This document shows positions 30,396 to 38,539 of a stretch of 64,000 nucleotides of DNA, in pieces (the stretch's first letter is position 1; every line of letters starts with the position of its first letter). Location: IMG/VR virus record IMGVR_UViG_3300018089_000001, positions 121,487 to 185,486 of that record; one strand, written 5' to 3'. The notes beneath the pieces were generated by a model that saw only the letters and a list, made by a program, of their open reading frames with translations, searched no databases and was not told where the DNA came from. The position numbers and the translations under genes were made by a program. The stretch is from a virus. Its lineage: Duplodnaviria; Caudoviricetes.

Positions 30396-31721
30396 TCAGA
30401 TGCTGGCCGTCCTCAGTCCGATCTTACCACGGCGGGAGGCGTGTTGTTCCATGGCCTTGGTCAGGCCGGCGTCCCAGCCATCGAGCATGGTCTGCATGCC
30501 AAAGGTCCTGGTCGCCCACTCCCGGGCCTCCAGTCCGATCTTCCGGCGGGCCGTGCGGGGGATCCGATAGACCTTCTCCAGGGCGTCGGCGACCTGGTCG
30601 TCGTTGACCCGGTCGTCGTAGATGTACGGGACCTGCTGCGATCCCACGAGATTGCGGGCCGCTGGAAAGACCGGCACGCCCCACCACCTGTGGGTGTTCC
30701 TCCGGGACTTCGCGACCTTCGTGAGTCTCTCCTGGTCAGAGAAGTCCCGCTGGTCCTGCCACCAGTCACCGACCTGAAACTGCAGGCCGCCGGTCATGTT
30801 CACCACGATCGGGGTACCCGCGTAGAGTGCCTCGAGGGTGCCCAACCCGAAGCCCTCGTTGTTACTGATGTTGATCACGCAGTCAGCACAGTTGTACATC
30901 ACGTTCAGCTGCGAGGCGTCCACCCGTCCCTCCGAGAGGAGGAGGAGGTCCTGCACATCGAGCCTCCTCGCGACCGCGTTCACGTCCTGGCCCTCGGGGT
31001 CACCCGGGGCCGTGTGCATGAGCAACGCGACGCGGTCCCTCCCGACTCGCTTGGCAAGCCGAGCGAACGACTCGAGCACGTCGCCCGTCATCTTCCGCCT
31101 GGCGTTGCGGTTGTTCCACATCAGGATGAACTCGCGGGAGGCGAAGGGTCCGTAGTGGCGCCGACGGGCCTCGAGGACCTCGCTCTCCGGGAGGGGCCTG
31201 AACAGGTCGGCCGGCTCCGCGTGGGGGACATAGCTGTACCGCTCCTCGGGATACCCGAGTCCCTGGAGGATCCCGAAGGTCTTCAGGGACAGGGTCATGA
31301 TGTAGTCCGTGGCCTCGTAGATGGGCCGGTTGAACTCGGGAGTCGGGTCGTTGTCCCACACGTGCCAATAGACGAGGGGGCAGACCGCCCGCACCTCGTC
31401 CTCCATCTCCCAGACCCAGTAGAAGAACCTCGGGTCCGTGAAGAGGACCACCGCGTCCGGCTTCAACTCCGCGAGCATCCGCCGAAGCTTGTCCTTGTCC
31501 CCGTGCCCGTCGACCGGATGGATCACCCAGTTGCCCTCCCCGAACTCGTCAGGGGACACCTGTTGGGGTGTGTAATCCGGGTGTTTGATCGCCCCGCCGA
31601 GGCAGGTGAAGCTGTACTTCCCTGTCTTGAGCAGGCCGCTGATTGTATATTTCGCTTGAATGCCGACGCCTGACGGAACAAGCGGGTGGTCACTGAGCCA
31701 GAGTATCTTCTTGCGGGTCAC
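30396..31721 (-). CDS. glycosyltransferase GT4
   Basis: NRNARRK, NEGFGLGTLEALYAGTP. Confidence 0.85.
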   Translation of the reverse strand: MTRKKILWLSDHPLVPSGVGIQAKYTISGLLKTGKYSFTCLGGAIKHPDYTPQQVSPDEFGEGNWVIHPVDGHGDKDKLRRMLAELKPDAVVLFTDPRFFYWVWEMEDEVRAVCPLVYWHVWDNDPTPEFNRPIYEATDYIMTLSLKTFGILQGLGYPEERYSYVPHAEPADLFRPLPESEVLEARRRHYGPFASREFILMWNNRNARRKMTGDVLESFARLAKRVGRDRVALLMHTAPGDPEGQDVNAVARRLDVQDLLLLSEGRVDASQLNVMYNCADCVINISNNEGFGLGTLEALYAGTPIVVNMTGGLQFQVGDWWQDQRDFSDQERLTKVAKSRRNTHRWWGVPVFPAARNLVGSQQVPYIYDDRVNDDQVADALEKVYRIPRTARRKIGLEAREWATRTFGMQTMLDGWDAGLTKAMEQHASRRGKIGLRTASI

Positions 31722-31742
31722 CCCGTAAGTGGCCTCGGCGTG

Positions 31743-32627
31743 TTACTCAGACCGCGGGCAGTGCTCGGTTCCGAGGAAGGGGCACGCGGCGCGTCTCTCC
31801 TGCTTGGTCCGCCGGTCTATCCAGACCCTCTCGCACGCCTCGGGGTTCTTCTCGTATGCGTACGAGTGCATGCCCGAGATGGACCTCTGCATGTACTCCA
31901 GGGCCTGCTCCGTGGCCCTCGGTCCCGCGGAGACCTTCCGGACGTCCACCGTCAGCTCGTCCGCCGTCCGGGGGTCCTTCTTGAGGAGGATGAAGGCCAC
32001 CGAGACGTTCCTCGGGTCGGCGCCCATCGTCTTACAGAAGAAGTGCTTGTACAGGAGGAGCTGGGAGATCACCTCCATGTCCTGGAACTTCTGGGCCGGC
32101 CAGCCCCAGGAGCATGTCTTGAAGTCAGCGATGTAGATCACCGTCTTCCGCTTCAGACGCTTCACGAAGGTGATGTCGATGAAGCCCTTGAACATCATCT
32201 CCAGCCCGTCGGTGCGGGAGATCGGCTGCATCAGCCGCATCTCAGACACGAGGCTCCTGATGCCCTGCAGCTCGGGATGCCTGAGGCAGTCCCGATAGAA
32301 CCGCTCGATGAAGGGCCGGACCCGATAGGCCTCCTCCACGTCGGAGGAATGGGTCAGGTTCAGCTCGAGGAGTGAGCGGTCGTACATCTCCAGGGCGTGC
32401 GCGGTGGCCTTGGCCACGTCACCCGGGGAATCAGGATCGTACAGGATCTCCAGGCCGGCGTGGACGGCCTTGCCGAACTCTATCTGGAACGATCGGTCGT
32501 CTGGGGCCAGCCCGTAGACCTTCGTCAGGAGCCAGCGCCACTGGCACTCGTTGAAGAGCCTGAGCTCGCTGAAGGAGACGTGCTCCCGGAGCTGTCCGCA
32601 GAGCGGCAGGTGGACCCTTCTTGACAC
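31743..32627 (-). CDS. PD-(D/E)XK nuclease (RecB/Cas4-like)
   Basis: SFSE..CQW, GKAVH, GFID..IADFKT, QLLLY, C-terminal Cys. Confidence 0.85.
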   Translation of the reverse strand: MSRRVHLPLCGQLREHVSFSELRLFNECQWRWLLTKVYGLAPDDRSFQIEFGKAVHAGLEILYDPDSPGDVAKATAHALEMYDRSLLELNLTHSSDVEEAYRVRPFIERFYRDCLRHPELQGIRSLVSEMRLMQPISRTDGLEMMFKGFIDITFVKRLKRKTVIYIADFKTCSWGWPAQKFQDMEVISQLLLYKHFFCKTMGADPRNVSVAFILLKKDPRTADELTVDVRKVSAGPRATEQALEYMQRSISGMHSYAYEKNPEACERVWIDRRTKQERRAACPFLGTEHCPRSE

Positions 32628-32776
32628 GGCCTCTCCTCTCCCAGGTACTGGGCGTTCATACCGCAACACTCGTCTCCGCAGAATGTGAGCCCGCAGTGCG
32701 GACACTCAGAGGGTGACGCGCCCTTGAAAATCGCACCGCATCCGTAGACCGGATCGCACCCATACCACCAGGTCAT
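32525..32776 (-). CDS. small Cys-rich protein
   Basis: MTWWYGCDPVYGC..CPHC..CGDECCG; overlaps next gene. Confidence 0.35.
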   Translation of the reverse strand: MTWWYGCDPVYGCGAIFKGASPSECPHCGLTFCGDECCGMNAQYLGEERPCQEGSTCRSADSSGSTSPSASSGSSTSASGAGS

Positions 32777-32919
32777 CAGGGGAACCTCGCGGCCCGCTGC
32801 AGGGTCCGCCAGTCCCGCATGACGATCCGCGGGCCGGGCCAGTCGCTCCGGAGATCGATCGGAACGAACCCGGAGCGGGTCAGGCGGAACCACCCGATGC
32901 CGCGGAACGTCAGCATCGG

Positions 32920-33282
32920 TCAGTGCGTCTTATCGATCGCGACCAGGGTCACGCCCTCCGGGCAGTGCCCCCTCTTCACCTCGACGAACGTGCTGTCCGC
33001 CCGGAACGCTCCGATGATCCTGTGCTCCTGTCCGTCCAGGACCACGCGGTCGGAGGCAGTCGCCTCCGCCTCCGCGGCGCGGGCGGTCTCGTACTTCCTC
33101 ACCGCGGCCGCGGCGACCTTCAGCCTCTTCTCGAGGTCGTCGGCCCGCTTGGTCTGGTACGAGTGCTTGTCCGTCTGCTCCTTGAGCAGGGCCTCCAGCT
33201 CCGCGATGCGCGTGTCTCTCTGCTGGACCTGCACGGCAAACTGGTCGATCACCGGTACGTCCACGGGAACATTCTCTGGCAT
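32920..33282 (-). CDS. coiled-coil hypothetical protein
   Basis: ORF with TAAGGT-N6-ATG. Confidence 0.65.
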   Translation of the reverse strand: MPENVPVDVPVIDQFAVQVQQRDTRIAELEALLKEQTDKHSYQTKRADDLEKRLKVAAAAVRKYETARAAEAEATASDRVVLDGQEHRIIGAFRADSTFVEVKRGHCPEGVTLVAIDKTH

Positions 33283-33378
33283 ACCAGTACCTTACCACGC
33301 GGACGAATTGTTTGACGCGGAAACAAATCGGGCCCGACGTCTCCGTCGGGCCCATCGAACACCGCATCACGTGCAACC

Positions 33379-33466
33379 TGGCGGATGGCAGAGGATTCGA
33401 ACCCCCGGCTTTCGCTGACCCGCGGCTAGCAACCGCGGTCCCGGACCGACTCCGGGTTTGCCATCC
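33379..33466 (-). tRNA. tRNA-Ser(GCT)
   Basis: Cloverleaf, long V arm, encoded CCA. Confidence 0.85.
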
Positions 33467-33468
33467 AA

Positions 33469-33645
33469 TTACAATCCGAGTTCCTTTCGAGCCTGGCCCA
33501 TCGTCACATGGTAAGTGACCGTGGCCTGATGCCACCCCTTATCAGGGATGACGACAGAATCCTGGAACCAGCGAAACACCGCGTCGTCTGGAAGATGCGA
33601 CATCGCGGCCACCAGCTCCTTAAGGGTCGTGGTCTTCGTTTCCAT
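33469..33645 (-). CDS. small hypothetical protein (METKTTTL...)
   Basis: 58-aa ORF filling the space between two tRNAs. Confidence 0.5.
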   Translation of the reverse strand: METKTTTLKELVAAMSHLPDDAVFRWFQDSVVIPDKGWHQATVTYHVTMGQARKELGL

Positions 33646-33647
33646 CG

Positions 33648-33716
33648 TCGCGGCGGGGAGACTCGAACCCCCGGAGATCGCCTTATGAGAGCGTCCCGGC
33701 CCCTGGCCTCGCCGCG
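33648..33716 (-). tRNA. tRNA-Met/Ile2(CAT)
   Basis: CTCATAA loop, GGTTCGAG T arm; short D arm. Confidence 0.65.
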
Positions 33717-33777
33717 ATGTCTAGCGGGCCCCAGCGGGCCCGCGGAGTGACTCAAACTTGACAGGCCACCTTCCCCA

Positions 33778-34227
33778 TCACTTAGAGATGGCGATGGCGT
33801 AGAAGGCCTCCGACTCATTCCGACAGCGCCACCGCCTGATCAGGGCGGGCCGCGAGAGGGAGTGGACGCCGTTCTCCGCGAGGTTGCGTCGCGTCCGGGC
33901 GGAGTCCGCCACGATGACCCGGCCACCAACGCTCGCCACGACGGCGACCCAGTGCCTCCACTGGTCGATGCAGACCAGACAGGGCCGGCCCTCGGCCACG
34001 TTGGAGCGGACGAAGGCCCAGGCGGCCGGTCCGTCCATGCCGCCCCAGGGGGTGGCCTTCAGACCGAGCCCGCGGATCGCGCGGATGAGCTGCGACTCGT
34101 CCGTCCCGTCGGGACCGGACTCCGCCAGCCGCCTCACCCGCGACTCGGAGACGCGGACGCCGAGGGCCTGACAGGCGTTGACGACCGCAGCCGAACCGCA
34201 GCTCCACTCCGTGGCCTGATACCTAAT
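33778..34227 (-). CDS. C39-like cysteine peptidase (probable ATT start)
   Basis: RYQATEWSCGSAA..GT..HWVAV..VADS catalytic C/H/D. Confidence 0.75.
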   Translation of the reverse strand: MRYQATEWSCGSAAVVNACQALGVRVSESRVRRLAESGPDGTDESQLIRAIRGLGLKATPWGGMDGPAAWAFVRSNVAEGRPCLVCIDQWRHWVAVVASVGGRVIVADSARTRRNLAENGVHSLSRPALIRRWRCRNESEAFYAIAISK

Positions 34228-34254
34228 CTCGAGTCCCTGCTATATCTGGGGAGC

Positions 34255-34977
34255 ATGGCTGGAATATACTCGCTGATCGATCCACGGACAGGAATCGTAA
34301 GGTACGTGGGGAAAACTACACACTCTCTTAGTAAGAGGTTGAAATCTCACCTTGGAGACCGCAGCCAAACCGCAAAGACTCGCTGGATCCATGAACTGCT
34401 CTCAGAGAGCATGTCTCCATTGATCCAATGGCTCGAAGAAGGAGACCTCAATCTCAACGAGAGGGAGATCTGGTGGATCAACCAACTACGATCAGAAGGT
34501 GTGGACCTGACGAATAGCACCGACGGAGGCGACGGCGGAAGGATCGAACTGGATGTACAATCGAAGCAACGCTGGATCGAAAAACTCTCTCTTCGTAGAC
34601 GAGAATGGTGGCAACGTGCCAGCATTGATGCAAAGCAGAAACAGGCAGCGTCTGTCTCGCAACACTGGCAAAACCTCTCCAACGAAGAGAGGAGCATCAG
34701 ATCTGAATCGATCCGAAGCGGACTCAAGGGGATGCCCTCCCCGCTTAGGGGGCGCAAGCAGTCTGAACAGCAGAGAGAGCGCCTGAGGAGCGCTCTCTCT
34801 GACCCATCTGTCAGATCAAAAATGTCAGAGGCGCGGAGAGAATGGTGGAAGAAAAACAAGGATAGGCCAAGACCACCTGTCGCTGACTCAACTCGAGAGA
34901 AACTACGAAAGGCTGCCCTCAAAAGGGAGGAGCGAAAGAGGTCCCAGAGGGATTCGAACCCACGACCATCCCGTTAG
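34255..34977 (+). mobile_element. GIY-YIG homing endonuclease with NUMOD3-like tail
   Basis: GIYSLIDPRTG.VRYVGKT..RLKSH, E..WI, LTN..GG; lower GC. Confidence 0.85.
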
Positions 34978-35013
34978 AACCGGGAAGCTCTTGTCCACTG
35001 AGCTTATGGGACC
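34939..35013 (-). tRNA. tRNA-Arg(TCT)
   Basis: Cloverleaf, loop GTTCTAA. Confidence 0.85.
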
Positions 35014-35014
35014 C

Positions 35015-35091
35015 TGGAGTGCGACCTCGGGATCGAACCGAGCAACAGGCGGGTTGCAGCCGCCGCCCTTCATCCAGCCGGGACGTCGCAC
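35015..35091 (-). tRNA. tRNA-Cys(GCA)
   Basis: Loop CTGCAAC, U73, CCA. Confidence 0.85.
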
Positions 35092-35101
35092 AGAACTTCG
35101 T

Positions 35102-35371
35102 TCAGAGGATGCGTCTCAGGAAGTTGAGGAGCGCGTCCGCGTGGTCGTGGGAGAGGGAGAGCAGGCCGCGGAGGCCGCCGTGCGTCGGACTGGCCGTCCG
35201 GTCCCTGTCCAGGACCTCCCAGAGGGCAGCCCTCTCCAGGGGGGAGAGGACGACCGCCTTCGGATCGAGGTAGCCGCCGAGGGCCTCCGTGACCGCCACG
35301 AGGCCCGCCAGCGGGTCCTCGTCGGGAAACGGCCCACCCGGGAAGATGGGTTCGTCAGTGGTCTCACTCAT
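35102..35371 (-). CDS. hypothetical protein
   Basis: GGAGG SD upstream of MSETTDEP. Confidence 0.55.
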   Translation of the reverse strand: MSETTDEPIFPGGPFPDEDPLAGLVAVTEALGGYLDPKAVVLSPLERAALWEVLDRDRTASPTHGGLRGLLSLSHDHADALLNFLRRIL

Positions 35372-35386
35372 CTCTGGATTCCTCCG

Positions 35387-35457
35387 TAGCCCTGTGGAGA
35401 ATCGAACTCCATCCCGATGATTGAAAATCATCTCGACTGCCGTTATCTGACAGGGCC
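35387..35457 (-). tRNA. tRNA-Glu(TTC)
   Basis: Loop TTTTCAA, T arm GTTCGATTC. Confidence 0.8.
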
Positions 35458-35943
35458 TCTTGCTTTCCGCAGTGCCTTCGCTCTCGTCGAGAGAGGGAAT
35501 TTCCCCACATTTCGACCGCTGTAGGTCGATGTAAGGGCATGACACATCGCACAAAGCAACCTTAGGTTGCTTCGATCGTTGTTGTCTGGGTTTCCGTCAA
35601 TGCGATCCATCTGGATTGGAGCGGGCTGGCCCAACCACTCCATGATTCCACAGTTCTCGCAGCGACGTCCCATTTCACGTAGCAGATGAAGTTTACGAGC
35701 GCCGTCTGATTTCAGAGCACCCCAGCTGCGATCCATCACCGGAATCACACGGATCTTACAAAGATTGCAGTGGACCTTTGTGCCAAACTCGCGATTGTAC
35801 ACAGCACCACATTGCGTGCAAGTTCTAAACTTTCGGAGGCGCTCACCGACATCGCGCTGTGAACACTTCCTTGAGCAAAACCGTTTACGCGATGATGGCT
35901 TGACTTGAAATGAAATTCCGCACTTACAAGTGCGATCTTCCAT
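35443..35943 (-). mobile_element. HNH endonuclease with N-terminal Zn fingers (catalytic His replaced by Arg)
   Basis: CENC..QMDRIDGNPDNN..NLRLLCAMCH. Confidence 0.8.
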
Positions 35944-35991
35944 ACGTCCTTCCGTTAGACTGACGGGGCCAAGCTGCCATAGAATTATGCC

Positions 35992-36219
35992 ATGAGGGCA
36001 TGCATCTACGTTCCGTTCGTCTCCTGTCGAGGCGTGGAGTACGAGCTGGAGATCGAGCCGTCCGACGACGGACGGATACACGCGGTGGGACGCTTCGTCG
36101 AGGACGAGCGGGGGACCGTCACGGCCGAGCCGCTCGGACTGAGCTGGGACGGCCTGATCCCCATGTCGCAGGACCTGCGGGTCGCGATCGTCAGCTGGCG
36201 ATCCGATCCGGGAAACTAG
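35992..36219 (+). CDS. hypothetical protein
   Basis: TAGAAT-N6-ATG; high-GC3 ORF. Confidence 0.6.
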   Translation: MRACIYVPFVSCRGVEYELEIEPSDDGRIHAVGRFVEDERGTVTAEPLGLSWDGLIPMSQDLRVAIVSWRSDPGN

Positions 36220-36221
36220 GG

Positions 36222-36294
36222 TGCGGACGATGGGATTCGAACCCACCACCCCCTGATTGGCAACCAGGCGCTCTACCGAATGAGCTACGTCCGC
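36222..36294 (-). tRNA. tRNA-Gly(GCC)
   Basis: Loop TTGCCAA. Confidence 0.9.
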
Positions 36295-36334
36295 GTGTCA
36301 GCAGGCTACTACCCGGCCTGCCAGCGGTATCAGT

Positions 36335-37951
36335 TCACTTCACGAAGCCGGCCATCTCGGCCGCGAACCTCAGGATCCCCTCGCCCCAGCCGCCGAGGAC
36401 GTACGTCCGCCGGTAGAACTCGGGCATGATGGTGTCCTGGTAGCCGGCGACCTGCACCAGGAAGACGTTCACGTCGGGGTTGACCTCAGCGCGGTACTTC
36501 CTGACCAGCTTGGCGACGTCGATGTGGCGACCGTCCCAGGCGTAGTCGCGGTACTCACCGGGCTTGATCCCGTACAGGCCGCCGTGGCCCGCCTGCATGT
36601 CCGAGAACACGAAGACGTTGTCCCACCTGACCTTGCCCGCGATCGCGTCCCGCCAGAACATCCAGATCCCGTTCTCGGTGGACTGCCCGATGTCCCGGGC
36701 CAGCGACTCCGCGCGGGCGAGCTGGTCGAACGCCGAGGCGAGCTTGCGCACCGGAAAGACCTTGAGGTCGTCGCCGAAGACTCCGAGGCTGCCCTCGTCG
36801 GACGCCATGGCCGCGATGATGCCGGTCAGGTTCGCGATCGTGGACACCCGCATGCTTCCCATCGAGGAGGTGGTGGCCCCCTGCGCCGAGCCGCTGTTGT
36901 CACACAGCGAGATCGTCCTGCCCGGGAGACGCGGGACGTTGTCCAGCGAGGTACGCAGGCATCGCTCGATCGCATCGAGCACGGTGGCCGGGGCGATGTC
37001 CTGGACGGCCAGGTACGCCGAGTAGTATCGGAACGGCAGCTGCTTGCCCGCGGCCGCGCCCTCGACGAGCTTGTCCACGAAGACCGACGGGTCGATCCCC
37101 TTCTGGAGGACGTTCCGCACGTTCCTGAGGAGAGCCATGTGGCCCATCACGTCGATCGCCTTCCGCCAGTTCTCCGGGGTGGAGCCGCCGGTCGAGATGA
37201 TCGACTCCCAGGTCTGGTCCGTGGAGACCAGCTTTCCCTTCATCAGGGCGTCGAGCGCCGCGGTCCGCTTGGGATGGACGAGGTTCACGACGTCGAGCGT
37301 CTTGACCGTCCGGTTCTCCATGCGGTACTTGGCGAGCTGATACTCCGTCAACCGCGTCAGCTTGTCCGCCCACGCCTTCTTCAGCGAGTTCGGGATGGGC
37401 GCGTCCTTGCCGAAGCGCCAGACGTGATAGGCCAGCCCCACCGCCGGCTCGTCGGCGCGCTGGATGATGTCCGGCGCGTACTGCCGCACCAGGCCGGTCC
37501 CGCGAACCTTGGGGTGACGCGCGGCCCGCACGAGGATGACCTGCGGGGTCGTCCTGATGTGCTCGGCCTGCCGCAGCCGCACGGCCTCCTTGAGAGTGCG
37601 GACCGGATCGTGGTCGAGGGCCCGGTCGATGGCCGACTCGATCGCCTCGGCCGGCGTCTTCCCACGCCACTCCTGGGGATCGATCGCGTCGAGCGTCTTC
37701 CGCAGCTCGACGCGCTGGGCGTCGGTCAGGAAGGACGGGACCGATGTGTGGTGAGGCACCGGTCGCTTGACACGCCTGTCCTCCGGATCGGCCTCGTAGT
37801 ACTTCGGCTCACCGAAGAAGCACGAGCTCGCGGCGATCCTGAGGGCCTTGACGGGATCGTTGATGTCATATGACTCGCCGCCCATCCAGTTCAGGTGAGG
37901 CGTCGGCGCCTCGGGCGCCTGCTTGGTCTCGTGGAACCGGGACATCGTCAC
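36335..37951 (-). CDS. rsr: Ro60/TROVE-domain RNA-binding protein (TROVE + vWA)
   Basis: YQLAKY, TWES.IS, MGHMALLRNVRN, QLPFRYYSAY, DNSGS (MIDAS), SDMQ. Confidence 0.92.
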   Translation of the reverse strand: MTMSRFHETKQAPEAPTPHLNWMGGESYDINDPVKALRIAASSCFFGEPKYYEADPEDRRVKRPVPHHTSVPSFLTDAQRVELRKTLDAIDPQEWRGKTPAEAIESAIDRALDHDPVRTLKEAVRLRQAEHIRTTPQVILVRAARHPKVRGTGLVRQYAPDIIQRADEPAVGLAYHVWRFGKDAPIPNSLKKAWADKLTRLTEYQLAKYRMENRTVKTLDVVNLVHPKRTAALDALMKGKLVSTDQTWESIISTGGSTPENWRKAIDVMGHMALLRNVRNVLQKGIDPSVFVDKLVEGAAAGKQLPFRYYSAYLAVQDIAPATVLDAIERCLRTSLDNVPRLPGRTISLCDNSGSAQGATTSSMGSMRVSTIANLTGIIAAMASDEGSLGVFGDDLKVFPVRKLASAFDQLARAESLARDIGQSTENGIWMFWRDAIAGKVRWDNVFVFSDMQAGHGGLYGIKPGEYRDYAWDGRHIDVAKLVRKYRAEVNPDVNVFLVQVAGYQDTIMPEFYRRTYVLGGWGEGILRFAAEMAGFVK

Positions 37952-37980
37952 TGCCTTTCTCTCGGAGGAGTGGAGGAGTT

Positions 37981-38047
37981 GGCGGAGGAAGGGCGGGCGC
38001 GGTGTTTTTCACCCAATAGAAGTAACCGCTCCCAAGTCACTGCCGCC
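37981..38047 (-). ncRNA. Y-RNA-like 1 (Pro TGG-like loop)
   Basis: GGCGG/CCGCC stem, CAGTGA..CGGTTACTTC..GAA..TTCCT scaffold next to TROVE. Confidence 0.7.
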
Positions 38048-38050
38048 TAG

Positions 38051-38118
38051 CGCATCCGGATCGAATTGAACGACCATCTCCCGATGTTGAGTCAGGGCTC
38101 TGCTTGAGCTACGAACGC
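38051..38118 (-). tRNA. atypical tRNA-like gene, anticodon CAA, short V arm
   Basis: Cloverleaf with 5-nt D loop, loop CTCAACA. Confidence 0.5.
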
Positions 38119-38125
38119 AAGTCGC

Positions 38126-38260
38126 ACGTCGGAGAATACCGCCCACGGTGTGTTAGCGTGCTACCGTTACACCAAGGACCCATGGAGTGGGCCCCCCAGG
38201 ACTTGAACCTGGACCTCTCTCTTACAAGGAGAAGTAACCGCAGGACATCACTGCCGACGT
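38126..38260 (-). ncRNA. Y-RNA-like 2 (YrlA-type) containing a circularly permuted tRNA-Thr(TGT)
   Basis: Scaffold plus anticodon arm, T arm, loop-closed acceptor stem and D arm in permuted order. Confidence 0.8.
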
Positions 38261-38271
38261 ACGGAAAGTGT

Positions 38272-38363
38272 CGCAATGCGAAGGAAGTCGACGACGGGTT
38301 TTTCGTTTTCGGTTGAAAACCGAATGATGTTGAAGTAACCGTCACCATCACTGTCGCATCGCG
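38272..38363 (-). ncRNA. Y-RNA-like 3 (Glu TTC loop)
   Basis: Scaffold plus TTCGG-TTTTCAA-CCGAA hairpin. Confidence 0.72.
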
Positions 38364-38366
38364 TCG

Positions 38367-38435
38367 TGCTCCCGGACCGAGTCGAACGGCCGGCCTCCCA
38401 GACCAGCTGGGCGCTCTACACTGAGCTACGGGAGC
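38367..38435 (-). tRNA. atypical tRNA-like gene with 5-nt anticodon loop (CTGGT, Thr-like)
   Basis: Good acceptor/D/T arms; CCCAG-CTGGT-CTGGG. Confidence 0.55.
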
Positions 38436-38439
38436 TAAA

Positions 38440-38503
38440 GGGGAAGGAAGCTCGGAGCGGGGTTGTTCTTGGCATGAAGTAACCGCTTACCGTCACTGTC
38501 CCC
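38440..38503 (-). ncRNA. Y-RNA-like 4 (Gly GCC loop)
   Basis: Scaffold plus TTC-ATGCCAA-GAA; CATAAT 5 nt upstream. Confidence 0.72.
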
Positions 38504-38539
38504 AAGCCATTATGGCACTGTCGTTAGCAGTGCCGCTCG

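Noticed and set aside
31743-32627. cas4 of a CRISPR-Cas system
   Set aside because: Stand-alone PD-(D/E)XK nuclease common in phages; no array or other cas genes
151-33000. Long plus-strand ORFs opposite minus-strand genes (e.g. 13402-14904, 30369-31673)
   Set aside because: Antisense shadows typical of high-GC DNA
34939-35013. Amber suppressor tRNA (CTA) or recoded genome
   Set aside because: The 7-nt loop register gives TCT (and TAT at 39800); ORFs are intact under code 11
37981-38503. CRISPR array (repeated GAAGTAACCG..TCACTG)
   Set aside because: Conserved blocks are short, flanked by covarying stems and irregularly spaced; fits structured RNAs, and there is no cas operon
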